A DNA stretch of 64,000 nt from Bigelowiella natans CCMP2755 (GCA_000320545.1 ADNK01000023.1:62001-126000), one strand, 5' to 3'; shown: positions 12,964-26,813, counted from the first letter of the stretch. Notes: generated by a model from the letters alone, not told the origin. Translations and numbers: made by a program.

Positions 12964-15900
12964 CACCTCTCTCTTAGGAGCGCAAAAGGATGAGGATAAT
13001 TATAGAGATTATCAAAGTCATGCAGCCCAACACGGCACTCCGAGAAGGGGAGGGCCAAAATCTCTATTTTCTGAGGTGAATCATGAAGATGACGGAGACA
13101 ACGGAACCCAGAAAGATGAAGAACTGTATCGAGATTATGTTAGTTATGCTGCTCAACATGGCACTCCGAAGGCTAGAAACAAGAGATCAAATAACTTTTT
13201 TGAGGAAGAGGGTGAAGAAATAAACACAACTGGACTTCCTCCTTGGATGGACAAGTCTTACAGCGCAGAGGAGCATGGTGTGTATGGAATAGCCCGGCAT
13301 GGAAATAGCGAGCAAGACGGTGAAAATCCCATCAAAATCTCTTCGAAAGAAGATGAGCAGGTTACTTATCTTTGCCGATACTTTGACAATCTCAAAATCT
13401 TTGTCATCCGTACCATTTAGGGGAAATCAAGAGAGGATGGCGAAGTGAAGCAGCAGAAGCATAACGAAACACTATTAATTACTGATCTTTTACCCATGAA
13501 GGATAATGACCATACACTTACGAAAAAGATAGAATTCTTGGGGAAAACCGTCTTCAGATTAGGAAAGAAAATGTCCCGCAGAGGAAGTGGAATGTTTGCA
13601 ATGTAAGTGTTGCTGAATTTATGTGAATACGAATGGCAACATTGGCGACTTTCAAGTAGGTAATTTTGAGGTGCAATAATGATACAGGTACTATCGATTT
13701 AGCGAGAATGGGAAACGAATTACGAAAGATAGCTTCAAGAGGGGTCTTGCAGATATATCCTTTCAAATGAGCAATTCGGATGTCGACAGGATCTTTGAGA
13801 AGTATGAGGGTGATGATGGTGGAATCAGGTGGACAAAGTATATTTTTGCTTTCCTCATTTCAGCTTATTTTTCGAATGATTAATGTTTTCCAGCTATGCA
13901 ACGTTTGTCCGAATGCTAAGTAAAAAATCGAAACCATCGATAAAATTCAAAAAACAACGCGAAAAATCACAGCCGCCTGAGTTTACTACACCTGAACCAA
14001 TCTTACCATTGCGCGTTACCGATGAAAAGCAACAGGAAACTGACATAACTATGGATGAGGTACTTTGTTACTTTCCACTTGTCACTGCTAAAGTAACGAT
14101 CACACGATCACTTCACCCTGAATAGGGTCAGGATATTATCATGGCCCCTTCCTCCAGAGCTGTTGACCAAGAAACAGATGTAAAACCTAAATGGCTTTAT
14201 CTTTGACTGTCAAATGAATCGTTTTACATTACTAGGGTACCATGAATGAAAAACCAAGGTTAGATCCCTTGTCAGGAGTACTGAGCCAAGGGCTTCGATA
14301 TGGCTACGAAACGGATGACTCCGCTTTTAGCGCAAGTCCGAGCAATTTACATGTTTTCCATTCTGGAATATTTAAACATAACATTTTCATTTTTACTCAC
14401 CCATCTGGGGTTTGATATCTTGGCACACAGGAGAGGAAGATGATGCAAAAAGCTATCAATATCGCGATCATGCAAGTCATATAGCCCATTTAGGGACTCC
14501 CAAGGGTAAACCACGAAGTGCATCAATGGCAGAGCTGTTTGACGCTAGCAATGACAACGTCGAGCAGCAGGAAGGCCAGGAGCTTTGGGGCTTTCCTCCG
14601 TGGGGATCTCCTTCTCATGTGGAGGTTGAGAACATCTCAAAGCAGAACCCAAGTCAAAAGCCTCAACAAGCTGAAACGAAAAAAATAGAAGATGAAGACG
14701 ACGACATTGACTGGAAGTCCAAGCCATATGTAAGTTGTATGCTCCTACCTTGTTGCTCCCTTGTGGCTTATATATTATATCTTCTTTCTAAAACGATCTT
14801 CCAGATTAAAACCATCGAGACAAAAGGATCTGCGACCGACGAGCTCAAGGAGAAGTTGCTTGTTGTATGTGACCTAACCGAACCTAGCAAGAACGCTTCT
14901 GGACTACCCAAAAGATTAGAGTTACTAGCAAAGACCATCTTTAGAGCTGGAAAAAGGATGGCTCGTCGAGGGAGCGGAATGATTGCAATGTAAAAATTAT
15001 AATTGGTACTGATTCTTAAGATACTGAAGCAGTATGGTAATTCAGGTTTGATAAATTTCGCCAAAATGGCAAGAAAATCACAAAGGTGAGCTTCAAGAAC
15101 GGCCTAAGGGAAGTTAATTTTCAAATGACTGAAAAGGACATCCACTTAATATTCGAGCAATACGCATCGGATGATGGAATCAGGTCAATTAAACTATCCC
15201 AAGAGCATGATGATATGATTTTTGAAATAAGAGTTTATATCTTTAGCTACGCTTCCTTTGTTCGGATGCTGAGTAGAAAGTCAAGGAATTCTCTCAAAAT
15301 GAGAAAAGTTTCAAACTCCCAGAAATTTGAGCCAGGAGAAGATATCGCTGCCACATCTTCACCACACAAGAGGCTATTAACAGAAGAAAGAGAAACAAAA
15401 GAGAGCAACCCTGAGGTTATCGTTAATGACTAAAGCTAAGTATATCGAATTATAAACCTGTTCATATTACAGAGCTTGGAGTCTTACGTATCTCTGTCGA
15501 ACCTTTTGGGTGAAAGTGATGCAACAGGAGATGGCATGTCAAAGGTCTGCGCAAATTTAGCCGGCCAAAGAGGCTTCAGAAAAAATAGTGTACATATTAC
15601 AATCAGCAGGAAGCAGAGACCGATACTTACAAGGTGAATACGCTGGATACCGTGACGAGTCTTCAAGAGAGCCATTCCTTCCAAACCGGTTACGAAATCT
15701 TGTGTTAAGTACAACCAAGTTATACCTAGCTAAAGCCTATTCATGTCATCATTGCAGAACCCGAGAATGTGAGCGAGAGAGAGAGCAACTTAGCTCAATT
15801 TGGCGGTTCATCTGAGGCAATGAACAGACTCCATGCAAGAACTCCATCGATGATGGAGCTCTTAGAGGAAAATGAGGGAGAGGCAGAAGAGACACAGGGA

Positions 15901-18900
15901 GGTCTTTGGGGACTGGCACCGTGGGGAGAACCGTCATATGTCCAAAGTGAGCAAAACCAGACTCCTCAGGATGAACCCGATTCTGCAACCGATAGCAAGG
16001 AGGAAGATATTGATGTGACAGTTGTCATGAACAAAGTAAGCGTGCGACTCTTATAATTCCTCCTCAACATTCGCGCATCAATTTATTTGAATAAAAATAT
16101 TTTTGCTCATTCGCACAACGACAATTCAGGTAAATAGTGGACAGGAACATTCAAAGATAATGAAGAAATACGACAGTGTGATAATCAGCAACGATGATTT
16201 GCTCTCGAGGAAGAACCCGATTATTCTTTCTAAGAAGTTAGAGCTACTGGGCAAGACAGTATTTAGTTTGGGGAAAAAAAATGCTCGTCGAGGAAGCGGA
16301 ATTTTCGCAATGTACATTCATCCACACAAAAACATAAAGGAACTATTTCTAAAATATGCCCCCTTCTAGGTATTACGTTTTTAGTAAGAATGGAAAATTG
16401 ATTACGAAAGAAAGTTTCAAAAAGGGTCTGGAGGAAGTATCGTTTCCAATGAGTGATACAGAGGTGGATGAAGTGTTCAACCAATACGCGATGGAAAATG
16501 GGATCAGGTCGCTATGCAGCGTCTGCTGAGCTACAAAGCACGTGCAATCTAATTTCTCCTAAAATTATTGTTATCCAGCTATTCTACATTCGTTCGCATG
16601 CTCAGTAAGAAGACAAGGAAATCTCTCAGTTCTAAAAGTCGTGGTTCTAAGAAGTTTGTAGAAAGTGCAAATCCAAACGTCGCGATCGATGGTAATGGCG
16701 AGGTTAAGGTACCAGATTCGAGTCTTGATGGTGACATAAAGAAAATATTGCCTCGGCAAAGGTTAGATGAATACGCTTACCAATCAATCATATTGATTGC
16801 ATTCTGATCGAATAAACGTATTTAAAAGAGGTAGCATATCCTTCGAAGCTACCGCATTTGCAAATCCTGACAGAGAAACAGAAGATATCGGGAAAGTCCT
16901 CGACATGTTTGGCAAAACAGTCTCCAGGATAGGTGCAATACATGTTTGTTATTCAACTTAATTGTAACGATACTGCATTGAAGGCGCCAAGCGAAATCGT
17001 AGAGGATCAGGGTTCTACATGATGTTTGAGGTATTCAGCAACGGATCAAAATGGATCACACCTGAATCGTTCAAGGAGGGTTTGAAGAGCTGTAGAATCC
17101 AAATGAGGTATAATGTTTATTTTTTATAAATTGGAACGTGATGGAACTTTACTTCAAATCATCGACAGGGATTCCACAGTGGAGAAGATATTTAGAATAT
17201 ATGCGCCTGCCTCATGCAATAGAATAAAGTTCTCCAATTTTGTCCGATTAATCACCCTGCGTGGATTGAATCAAGAAAAAAAAAGGAACAGGAGCGGCGT
17301 TAGCACAACCGGAGAAGCCAGGGTCAGAATAGCATGACTCATCAGATGAGCTTTAGTCATTATTTTTTATTTTGTGTGTGATTGTAAAGATCGAAACCAA
17401 GGAACTAGAATCAAAGAAAGCTATGACAGATGATGAGAAGGTTCGGTCGACAGAATCAAACAATGATGAAAAAGACAGTGTCACATACCGAGACACTAGC
17501 AGCGCATCGACAAATATCCAGTCCAAAACGACCGATTCTACGGGCGCTGCACCAATTACAAGTCCAGGAAAAATTCGCGACGACACTAAGCTGAAAGGAA
17601 GCTACATGGTGGTTGCAGTTTATTCTAAAATTTTTGAATTAAAAAGTACTGATAGCACACATTATTTCATGCATCTCGTCTCAGGTTGATATTATGGTAC
17701 CCAATTCAACGAAAAGAAAAAGTATTCTTCACAAGAGAATCGAGATGTTAAGTAAAACTATTTTCCGGTCCGTAGCATCATCTTTGTCTTGTCAGAAATT
17801 GTCACTTAAGATAAACCTGTTCATCAGGCTAGGGCAAAAGAATGCACGGCGTGGTAGCGGTATGTTCGAAATGTATTCTCGGTTCTCGGAACCAGGCAAA
17901 AAGGTAACCCGGGAAAGCCTCCAAAAAGGGTTGAAGAGCATCAATTTCAGATTGAGCTATGAGGATATCGAAGAAATTTTCGACCGTTATGCAGCAGAAG
18001 ATGGAATTAGGTCTATGTGATGAATTGAAAATTTTAAACATACGTATAAAAGTTATATGTACGTTTGTATCGATCAGTTATTCAGCTTTCGTTCGGATGT
18101 TGAGTCGCCCCATCAGCGGTGGTGGTCTTGCTCCACGGAAAAGTAGTGAGCAGTTGCTGCCAGGCCCCCAACTTCTACCTCCTACACCAATATCAACTCC
18201 AGCAAAAGGGACATCTGTTCCTGCCACTCCAGCACCTACACCAACAAAAAGCGTGAAAGCTGAGAGGAAAGTTGCAAGACGATCCATCGTATTTTCTCCT
18301 ACCGCATTTGATTCGGATAAGCACACGAATGACGGTAAAGTAGACTCTGAAAATTTTCACCGATCGCTGCAATTATTCGGGAAAATGGTATATTTATATG
18401 GTTCAAAGCGACAGCGTCGAGGTATGTGAAGGCATTATTTTTGCGTCGTCCACTGAAATAAAAAAATGCTTTCGTGCAGGTTCTGGATTGTATAACATGT
18501 TTGAAATCTTCAGTGACGGGTGCAAGTATATTACGCACGAATCTTTCATCAAAGGGCTAAAATCTTGCAAGTTTCAAATGAAGTAACAAGATGTACTAAG
18601 TTAAACAAACAGTTCTTGGCTGACTATTGCAATCTTTCAGGGAAATAGATGTCCAACTCATCTTTGAAAATTATGGAAATGGTGCTGGCCAAATTAAGTA
18701 CTCAGCATTCGTTCGTATGTTGAGCAACTCCAAATTAAATCGGAAGAATTCAAAAGTAGCAGACTCTAAAACTACTAGCTTAGGCTTCGACAAATCCTTT
18801 GAAAACAGAACTGATAAGTGGGTATTAGTAGCAAAATCAACAAAACGTGGTATCGAAGAGGAAGGACCTTCCTCCTCAAATTTGAAACACATCGCGGATG

Positions 18901-20689
18901 ATGAACAACTGGATACAATAAATAGTGAGGAGAAGGGTCAGAAAATCGATGAGTACGTTAAAGACTCTTCCGATGACCATAATCATCCACCACCTGAGCA
19001 AACTAAGAAATTGGCGGATTTTGGACAAAATAAAAGTTCACCAGCACAACCAAGAAAAAGTGATACTGATGCGATCAATTTAAAAAACCAGGAACATAGC
19101 GCAATCAGTTCTAACCACGCTGCTGATTCAAAAACTGGAAAGGATCATGAAATGCGTCTAGAATCTGATAAGGAAACTAATACACACTTAGAAGCTGGAA
19201 AGAGACAAAATGAGGTAAGTATAGACAATAACATAGAGCCATTAGACGAGGATTCATATGAGAAAAGCACTGCAGTAATGAATGATCCTCCTCACGAAGA
19301 AGTTAAAGATTTGAATGAGATGCAGGGAACACCACCCAGTCAATCTTTCCTTTGTGTGAATACGATGTCTCCTGCTTGGAAAGGTGTTACTAAATCTTTC
19401 AACTTCACCCCACTTATTCTAACTTCAATAAACGTGATTTTAGAGGTATCAGATGTGGAAGACGGCAGTTATCATGCTACTGTTCCACAAAATGAATGCA
19501 GTGAATCTGGGAAATCAAATATTCCAATCGAAGCTCCTGCTAATGTGGAGCAGCCTAGCGAAGATGTTGAAGAAAATTATAATTCTAATTGTAAGGGCAT
19601 GGACAAATTCGAACAGGATACAGGAAAGCCCTATGTAACACGTCAATCTACAGCTTTCAGTATCGAGGAGCGCCAGTCACAAGCTAGTTTTACCAGCGCG
19701 ATTTGCGAACTTTTTGCCCCTGAAACCCAAAATCAGCATGCTGTTCTTGGGTCTATTTTTGATGAAATGGGACACCAAGTCCACAATGACAGGGATGATG
19801 ATAACAAGGATAAAACATATCAATCGCATCTTGTCAATGAATCTGAAGATAATACTGATGAGGTAACTGTAGTAAAGCATCAGAACAGTCACAAAGATAC
19901 GTCTCCCTTGCAACCGCATTCTGGGCAATCACGCTTAAACCAACAAAGCATAACTTCTCGCAAGAGTCCCACTGTTTCCATTCAAGAAGCGTTACCACCT
20001 TCTGGGAAAAGCCAGATAGTAACGACAAATGAGCCCCAACATATCGAAGTGAAAACCTACAACGACCCTCGAGCTTCATCTAGTAACGCTGCCCTAGGCT
20101 CTGCAAAAAAGATAGTCTTAGCTTCTGGTTCACGATTAAACGTATCAACGGTCAGATTTTTATTGCAGCTTTCAAAAGAAACATTCATGACAACACTTAT
20201 GCGTAACTATCAGGAAGCGCTTGGAAAAAGCAGTGATGAAGAGAACAAGAAACTGTTCTTGGGTGGAGAAATGACGAGAAGTTTACATAGCGTAAATGAC
20301 AGCAGGATGAGTCAAAGTCAAAGTCAAAGTCAGGTGGAGGTCATGCTTCAGAGCACCGGGGGACAAGGGTACATGGTTCCTACAATGGTCATGTCTTTGG
20401 ATGATCATGAAAACACTATTGAGCCCGCCACGGAGAAGGAGGTATGCAATTGACTTGAAAATGCTATGGAAGCTATGAAAAGCACAAACACAAATTAAAA
20501 CGGATATGGTTAAAACAAGATATCGTGATTGTTATATTTCCTCAGCGGCCTCTCCCGAAGAAGAAAAACTGGCTAGCGGTATCTTGACCTAAGGAGCTAG
20601 TTGCTAATCAATCATCTCACCACGATCACAATCTATTTTCTCAGGCAATTTGCTGCTGCTCATCGGAAAATTATTCAGAGCTGGAATAA
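10909..20689 (+). CDS. Large acidic multi-exon protein with seven degenerate EF-hand-pair modules and a C-terminal KKKNWLAAICCC motif
   Basis: The repeated spliced unit LxxLxKTxFxxGxKxxRRGSGMFxMxxxFSxNGKxITxESFKxGL..MxxxDIxxIFxxYAxxxGISYxxFVRMLS occurs at ~11.8, 13.5, 14.9, 16.2, 16.9, 17.7 and 18.4 kb. A long exon lies within ORF 18627-20453. The final exons splice to RPLPKKKNWLA|AICCCSSENYSELE*. Confidence 0.7.
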
Positions 20690-21034
20690 ACTACATACAG
20701 ATAGACGAGAGCTAATTGTAGTGAAACGTGAGGGGGGTGATTGTGGAGAAATTGTGCGCAGCCTGATTACGCGCTGTGCTACGATGCACGAAAATTATTC
20801 CCAAATTTCTGATGTAACAACGCGTTGGTATCGATTTGTGTTTTGTTGTCAACAAAAATCCCCATTTTCACTGGAGAAAGCAAGCTTCCTCATTTGTGTG
20901 AAGTGTTTGTACGTGATGGATGTTGATTTTTCTTATTGCAACGCTGCGCGTGTAAATATGAAAACGACACTCTTTGGAGAGCTGAGAGATGCTAAGATGG
21001 CGCTTCGATGCGCATCTGGCTTGGCCTAGTGGCG

Positions 21035-21072
<38 letters not shown>

Positions 21073-21677
21073 GCTAGAGTGTTGCGTGCCAGTCTAGCAG
21101 TGGTCTAGCTAGCTAGCATTTTGCATGAATAGACAACAGTGCAGCTCTCTAGCTCTGGAGCTTTGGAAGCAACAACGAAGGAACTCGTTGTGGGACGAAT
21201 GCAGACTCGACTTGCCATCCAATGTTTCGCCGGATCGACAGTGTTCGATGTTCAGCGCGTGCCACTTCTCTAGCTCTATCGCTGTGCCAGTCTGGCCTTG
21301 ACTTGCACAAATCACCCGACAGACGTCTCACAAGCATGGCTCATTGTGTATGGACAGATTCGAGTGAAAGACAAGCAACAATAGAACATGTACATCATAA
21401 AGTTACAATTACGTAGCATAGTAGTGTCCATGATGTTAGCGCGGATTTGCACAGCGTAGCAGAAGACTTCACTATATTACGCCTCTCTCTAGCTCTGAAT
21501 GCGGTCATTGCGCCACCACACATGCATCATGATGTGCAGCAGTCTGCAATGCTTGAGATCGGAATGGACACCACAGATTACCATCATGAGACGATCAGAC
21601 ATATAGAAAAGTGCAAAGCGAAGTAGTGAACAAGTTACATATCATGATGCCACGTACACTTAATCACCCTGTTTTCA

Positions 21678-22946
21678 TCAGAGCTTTGTTTTTAACACTT
21701 TCCCCCCGCCTATACTCACGAACAGAAACTTGTTCTCTGAGTCTAAACTTATCCCCTTAATGCTTGCACTAGGGCAGGGAATGCTTCGTATGAGTGAACC
21801 AGTTGGGCTCAACGCTGCAATTTGACCGAGTACGACTTTAGGCGAGTCAATGCGTCCAACGAAGAGCGTGCCATCCTTCCCGAGAGCCAAACAGGAAGGC
21901 CCTAGCATTCCAGAAAACTGATAGAAAACTGAAAAATGGAACGCGCCAGCCATTCTAACCCCGCGGAGGACACGATTTCGCATCGTCTCTGCAACATATA
22001 GTGTATCTCCATCATTAGATACAGCAATTCCTGAGGGATGAGCGAGGCAGTCCTTCAGTAGCGGTTGCAGCACGTATCGACCAGCCTTCTGATCAGCACT
22101 GCCCCCAACAAGGCTGGCCATGAACACGCTTCCTATTGCATTGTCCAGAGCCGTGGTGCCAATGGGTCCGCTGTCAGTGAAATATATGTTCCCATTGCCA
22201 TCGATCTGCACACAATTTGGGCCTAACAGTGGCCGCTCCTCGAATTCGTGTATCAGCTTCACGATGTTCCCCTTTGCTGTGGTTAGCAGGGCCGAATGGC
22301 CGAAGTCGCAGATGTAGAAGCGTGAATTTTTGTCTATGCCAATACTATTCGGATGGCCGCCCGTCCGTAGGAGGAGCTGTGTAGTCGTTCATTACTTCGT
22401 TATTCCATGGATTTTAACAGTCATATTTCTCAAGATTCTTCTATGCTATGTTCAGCAATGGTGATGATTCATAAGAGGATTCACGAAAGTGTCCTGAGTT
22501 CGCTATCTCTACACCTTCGCCTTAATCTCGTCATCGTCCGTCTTTCCCAGATCAAGGATCTCCTAAGAGAAAGTAACGTTGGACGCTAACATGAGTCAGC
22601 GCATCATGACCCTGAACACCCATTTCCAATCGCCAACCATAACCGCCCGTATGGACTTTGAAGCCCCCTCCCCCCTCCCCCCCCCTACTCCTTTGTCGGA
22701 ACAGAGAAACGTGCCTCCCGGCCCTAGGTTTGTTTGAATGGGTGAAAATTGCCCAGTGTTTCATCTTCAGATGCACATTGTTATTGATGACCGCATCCTC
22801 CTCAATAACTGAAAAGCAAAGCCTCATTACTTCGTAGATTATCTTACCCCGTCGTAAAGTGCGGCGAAGATTTGATTTTCCGACGTGACGAGTACGGAGT
22901 TGAGCTCCTGTTCGGAGGACCATACAGTCTGCCACTCCGACGCCAT
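21678..22946 (-). CDS. SMP-30/gluconolactonase / strictosidine-synthase-like six-bladed beta-propeller
   Basis: Three exons: MASEWQTVW...AALYDG | EILDLGKTDDDEIKAK | LLLRTGGHPNSIGID..FYICD..GPNCVQIDGNGNIYFTDSG..HPSGIAVSNDGDTLYVAETMRNRVLR, which is the SGL-family blade pattern. Confidence 0.8.
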
Positions 22947-23219
22947 GTTCCGCGTTGTGCTGTTGTTTTAATGGATATTGAGGATGATTAAGTTGTAGTG
23001 CAGCGCAAATAAGGGTTGTGAAGTAGATAGCGGATCGCAGAATTAAGAACCATTAAATGTGTTCATATATGCACACAACCAACACCCTCTCTCTCAATCT
23101 ACTCATACCCGAAGGCTGAGGAGAAGGAGGAGGAGGAGGAGGAGGAGGAGGAGGAGGAGGATCTGAGAGATAAGCCGGAATGATATCAAAAATTCGTACC
23201 AACCCCGAAACGCACAGGA

Positions 23220-24643
23220 TTTTTGCCCTGCGACAATCCCAGAAACAACAACCATCCTTGTTTATGATATCCGGACGGTCTCCAGAGACTTTAAATTAAG
23301 AAATCCCCGGTACTAACGAGGAGCGGGCTCGCCGATGATCATTTCTCTCAACGAGTATTGCCGATGATCCTTCGCCTCTGCGCGGCTTGTGTAAGGGGCA
23401 CAAACTACCTCTCTTTCTCCGCCCCCATTGCGAATATGGTCGCAATCCAAGCTGGGAAGACCTCCAATCTGCCATAACCGACGCGTGCATGCTTGAATTG
23501 CATGTTTTACTTCCCCCCTCCCTTGATTCGCTCTGACGCAGCGAATCAGGCTCCAGCGTCTTCTTGCACGGTTTTTTTTTATCAATATGGGTGGCCTGTA
23601 GTGGTGAATCTAATGATCTCGATCATAACTGAAGTATTGGGATTGTTATTTGGAGGGAGAGTGAGGGATTTCTTCTTATAATCGATTCTCGCTTAACATC
23701 ATAATATTTGGTAAAAAAAGAAGACGATAGGCACCAAGCATTGCGAGGTGGAGCGCGAGGTATTCTAACGATACTTCCATATATACTCGTCGTGCAACAC
23801 TAGGATAGCGCTGCTGTTTATTCTGACGAATCCTGAACTTTGTTCAAAATTCCACCAGCGAGAAGAGCATCTGGACGGCGAGCTTCCTCAGCTCGATCTG
23901 GTTGTTGTTTTATCATACATCCCGACCCATTCATGGGGATAGGATGCTAGAAAAATGGGGGCATTGTACATCATTTCTATAACATGTTACTTTCCTCAGA
24001 ATCACCTCTCCTCTTTCTTAATAATGGTGTAGGGGCTTCTTTGAGAAGACGTCGACGGACGCGCCTCACACGCTCTTCTTCCTCTCAATCAAGGAGAGGA
24101 GGAGGGGAAGCACGTTCTCGGACGAGGAGCTCAAGGTGACGTCCAAATCTATATAAATCCGCTGTAATTCATGAATGAACGATGGAGGTTCGCGCCACCT
24201 CTCTTTCCTCTCTTTCCTCTGTGGGTCTCACACACGCTCCAGCATTGTATCATTACATATGCACAAGTGTTTGGCTCACGGCCTAAGATTTCCATACCAT
24301 TAACACTGAATGGGATGTTGCACTATCTATGCAGCACGAGGACGTACTTGGGAGCGCGGAGAAGGATGCAAAATGTTATACAGAGATTGGAGGTACGAGC
24401 ACACTCAGTAGCACCCGAATACTAGAAGAATAATTACCTTTTCCAAGGATGAGACTCTCATCACCACCACCACCACCACTACTGCTGCTGCTGCTGCTGC
24501 TGCTGTCAGGATCAGCTTCAAGGAAACCCCGACCTTGATGACGAGACCATGTATGGTGAAAATGACGAAGAAGAGGAAGAGGAGGAGGAGGAGGCTTTCA
24601 GGTCCATCAATCCACACCAACACAGAATACCGAATACACACAA

Positions 24644-24686
<43 letters not shown>

Positions 24687-25153
24687 TATATTTATATAGC
24701 CGCGCGTGGTTGTGTAGGTATGTATTTCATCATGCATGGCTCCTCGTAATCTATCTCATCCTCCTCCTTTATCCAGCGAAGTGATGCCAAGCGGTGCTGA
24801 AGAAGAAGGAATGGTACAATTACCTCCTAGGGAACCACCACCGCCTTCCTTTCCGACTACCCGTGTAGGCCTTCACCCCCCCTCCCGTCTCCGTCGCATT
24901 TCTCGTGCAGCCACTCCTGCTACAAGGAGTACCGCTCGGAGGGGGGGGGGGGCAGTGATACAACGACGAAGTCGGCAGCAGCAAACGCGCGTGGTGAGGA
25001 GGCAGCAGCCACCGCAGCGAAGGAAAGTACTCGGGTGTGAGAAGGAGACGCTTGAGCGGCTTCCTACCGCTACTGGTGCTGGTGAAAGATCTGAATATAC
25101 AATACATAGGCACATACGTTTTTTGTGGTTTATGTAGGTGTATAATACACACG

Positions 25154-25184
<31 letters not shown>

Positions 25185-26164
25185 GAATATATGTGAATAT
25201 GTGACTATATGTATATAAATTATATCTCCCTTTCTTTCATTTTTAAAAACGAAATGGCTACGAGCATATGCCCGAATATCCGTAAACATGGAACAACAAC
25301 ATCCCAACAACGCATAGAATGAAGTACAGGAAAGTTCTGCAAGCAAAATTGAGAGCATGACAGTTGTCCACCTCTTGTAGATTGCTCAGCTGTAACTTTC
25401 ATAAGTACACTCCGAGATTGATCTCTGCTACCGAAAATAAGTTTCTCATTAACTTGCACCGTTGCTATTTTGCCTAAATTGGTGTGATTAGGGAGGGGGA
25501 TCGGTGGGAATGTGGATTGTATGGTGTGTATGATGACGATAAAGGTGACACCATTTTAATAATTCGCAATGAAACTAGCAGCTGCAGCAGTCATATTGTT
25601 GGTTTGATTTCCAGCAGTCCTACATATAACATGTACATATGCTTGATATGCGTGTTTTCTCTATGGAGTATATGTAAGCATGGTCTTAATCCTACGTCTG
25701 TTGTTTATAATCTTTTTTTGTGTGCGTGCGCGCGCCAAGGGCCGTGAGCTTGCTCGTCTACTTCCATGTCTACACAAGGTGATCAGAAGACGATGAGTAC
25801 AGTAAATAGGCAAAAATAACCATCACATTTAATACAATGACTTGTGAAGTCCAGATTGCGGCGAAGCGAAACCTGAGTTTTGGTTGCCTGTTCTCAGTTC
25901 CATAAGCGTTGTATAGATCGATGGCTCAAGAGCTCCCGGCTTTGCCCAGGTTTGAAATGAGCGTATCCATTTTCTTCTTTCTGTGCGTCCCGAAGTTCAT
26001 TTCTCGTGTGCGTGCTATCGGTTGGTGTGTCAGTCTGCAAGATGGACATCCCGAAATCCATTCGAGAGCACGACATTCAGGTCAATATCCCTCTAATTTA
26101 TTCAGAAGTGAAATCTTCTTTTTCACACAAAGCACCCGTCTTTACGAGGAAACATGCGTTATGA
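23220..26164 (+). CDS. RING-H2 finger protein (probable E3 ubiquitin ligase) with disordered N-terminus; 5' end uncertain
   Basis: Spliced exons: GCEKETLERLPT (pre-RING helix), WECG.., GRELARLLPCLHK (25740-25778) | FHKRCIDRWLKSSRLCP | VCKMDI. The exon carrying the second Cys could not be placed. Confidence 0.65.
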
Positions 26165-26813
26165 TTCTTTGACAGGAAGCTCGTTGGATACTAAGTGCAA
26201 ACAGGAGCTCCCCTTCTGCTGCTGAGCGTGCAGCAATACCAGTGTGATGTCTGACAAAAGACAAGTCTGTTCTCGCATTGCGAGCAGCAGTGCGTGAAGT
26301 AGCATGTATAGGCTGGATGTCAATGTAAAGAGATTTTAAAGAAGGGACTGCATGCAACGCTGGTGCGCGCCCCCAAGTCATACAAACGTATGTAGGTAAA
26401 TCAAAGAAGCCCAGCTAAAGCGAAAAATGTATGTAATATTTATATAATGTGTACTGGCTTTATTGTTTTCGCGCAACGAATGGAGCTGCATAGCTCTACT
26501 CGAGCACTTAATGGTGGAGCATCGCGTGTTAGCGGCAACGGCAAGTGTGAAAGTGTTTGCCCCTGCTGGCCATGTTATTGCGCTCGATGACATCACAATG
26601 CGTTCATGCTAGCATGTTCCACAATGACACCCAACCCTATAGACGTTCTCGATAATGAGTAGCTCATAGTCGCCATTCCTGCTAACATTGCAATCGTTAT
26701 CTATGCTGCAATGCTACCGACGCAGCACGGCTAGACAGTTTGTATCAAGCTGCGCATGGGGTGAGAGTCCTCACAGCGTATTCAACTATCTTTTGCTGAT
26801 ATAATGTATAACA

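Noticed and set aside
11810-18726. EF-module repeats as a transposon or DNA tandem repeat
   Set aside because: Similarity is at protein level with diverged synonymous sites and introns; there are no terminal repeats or target duplications.
20601-21029. 142-aa ORF as a separate gene or as the final exon
   Set aside because: It starts at TTG inside an intron; splice phase favours the other frame ending at 20689, and the remainder looks like 3' UTR.
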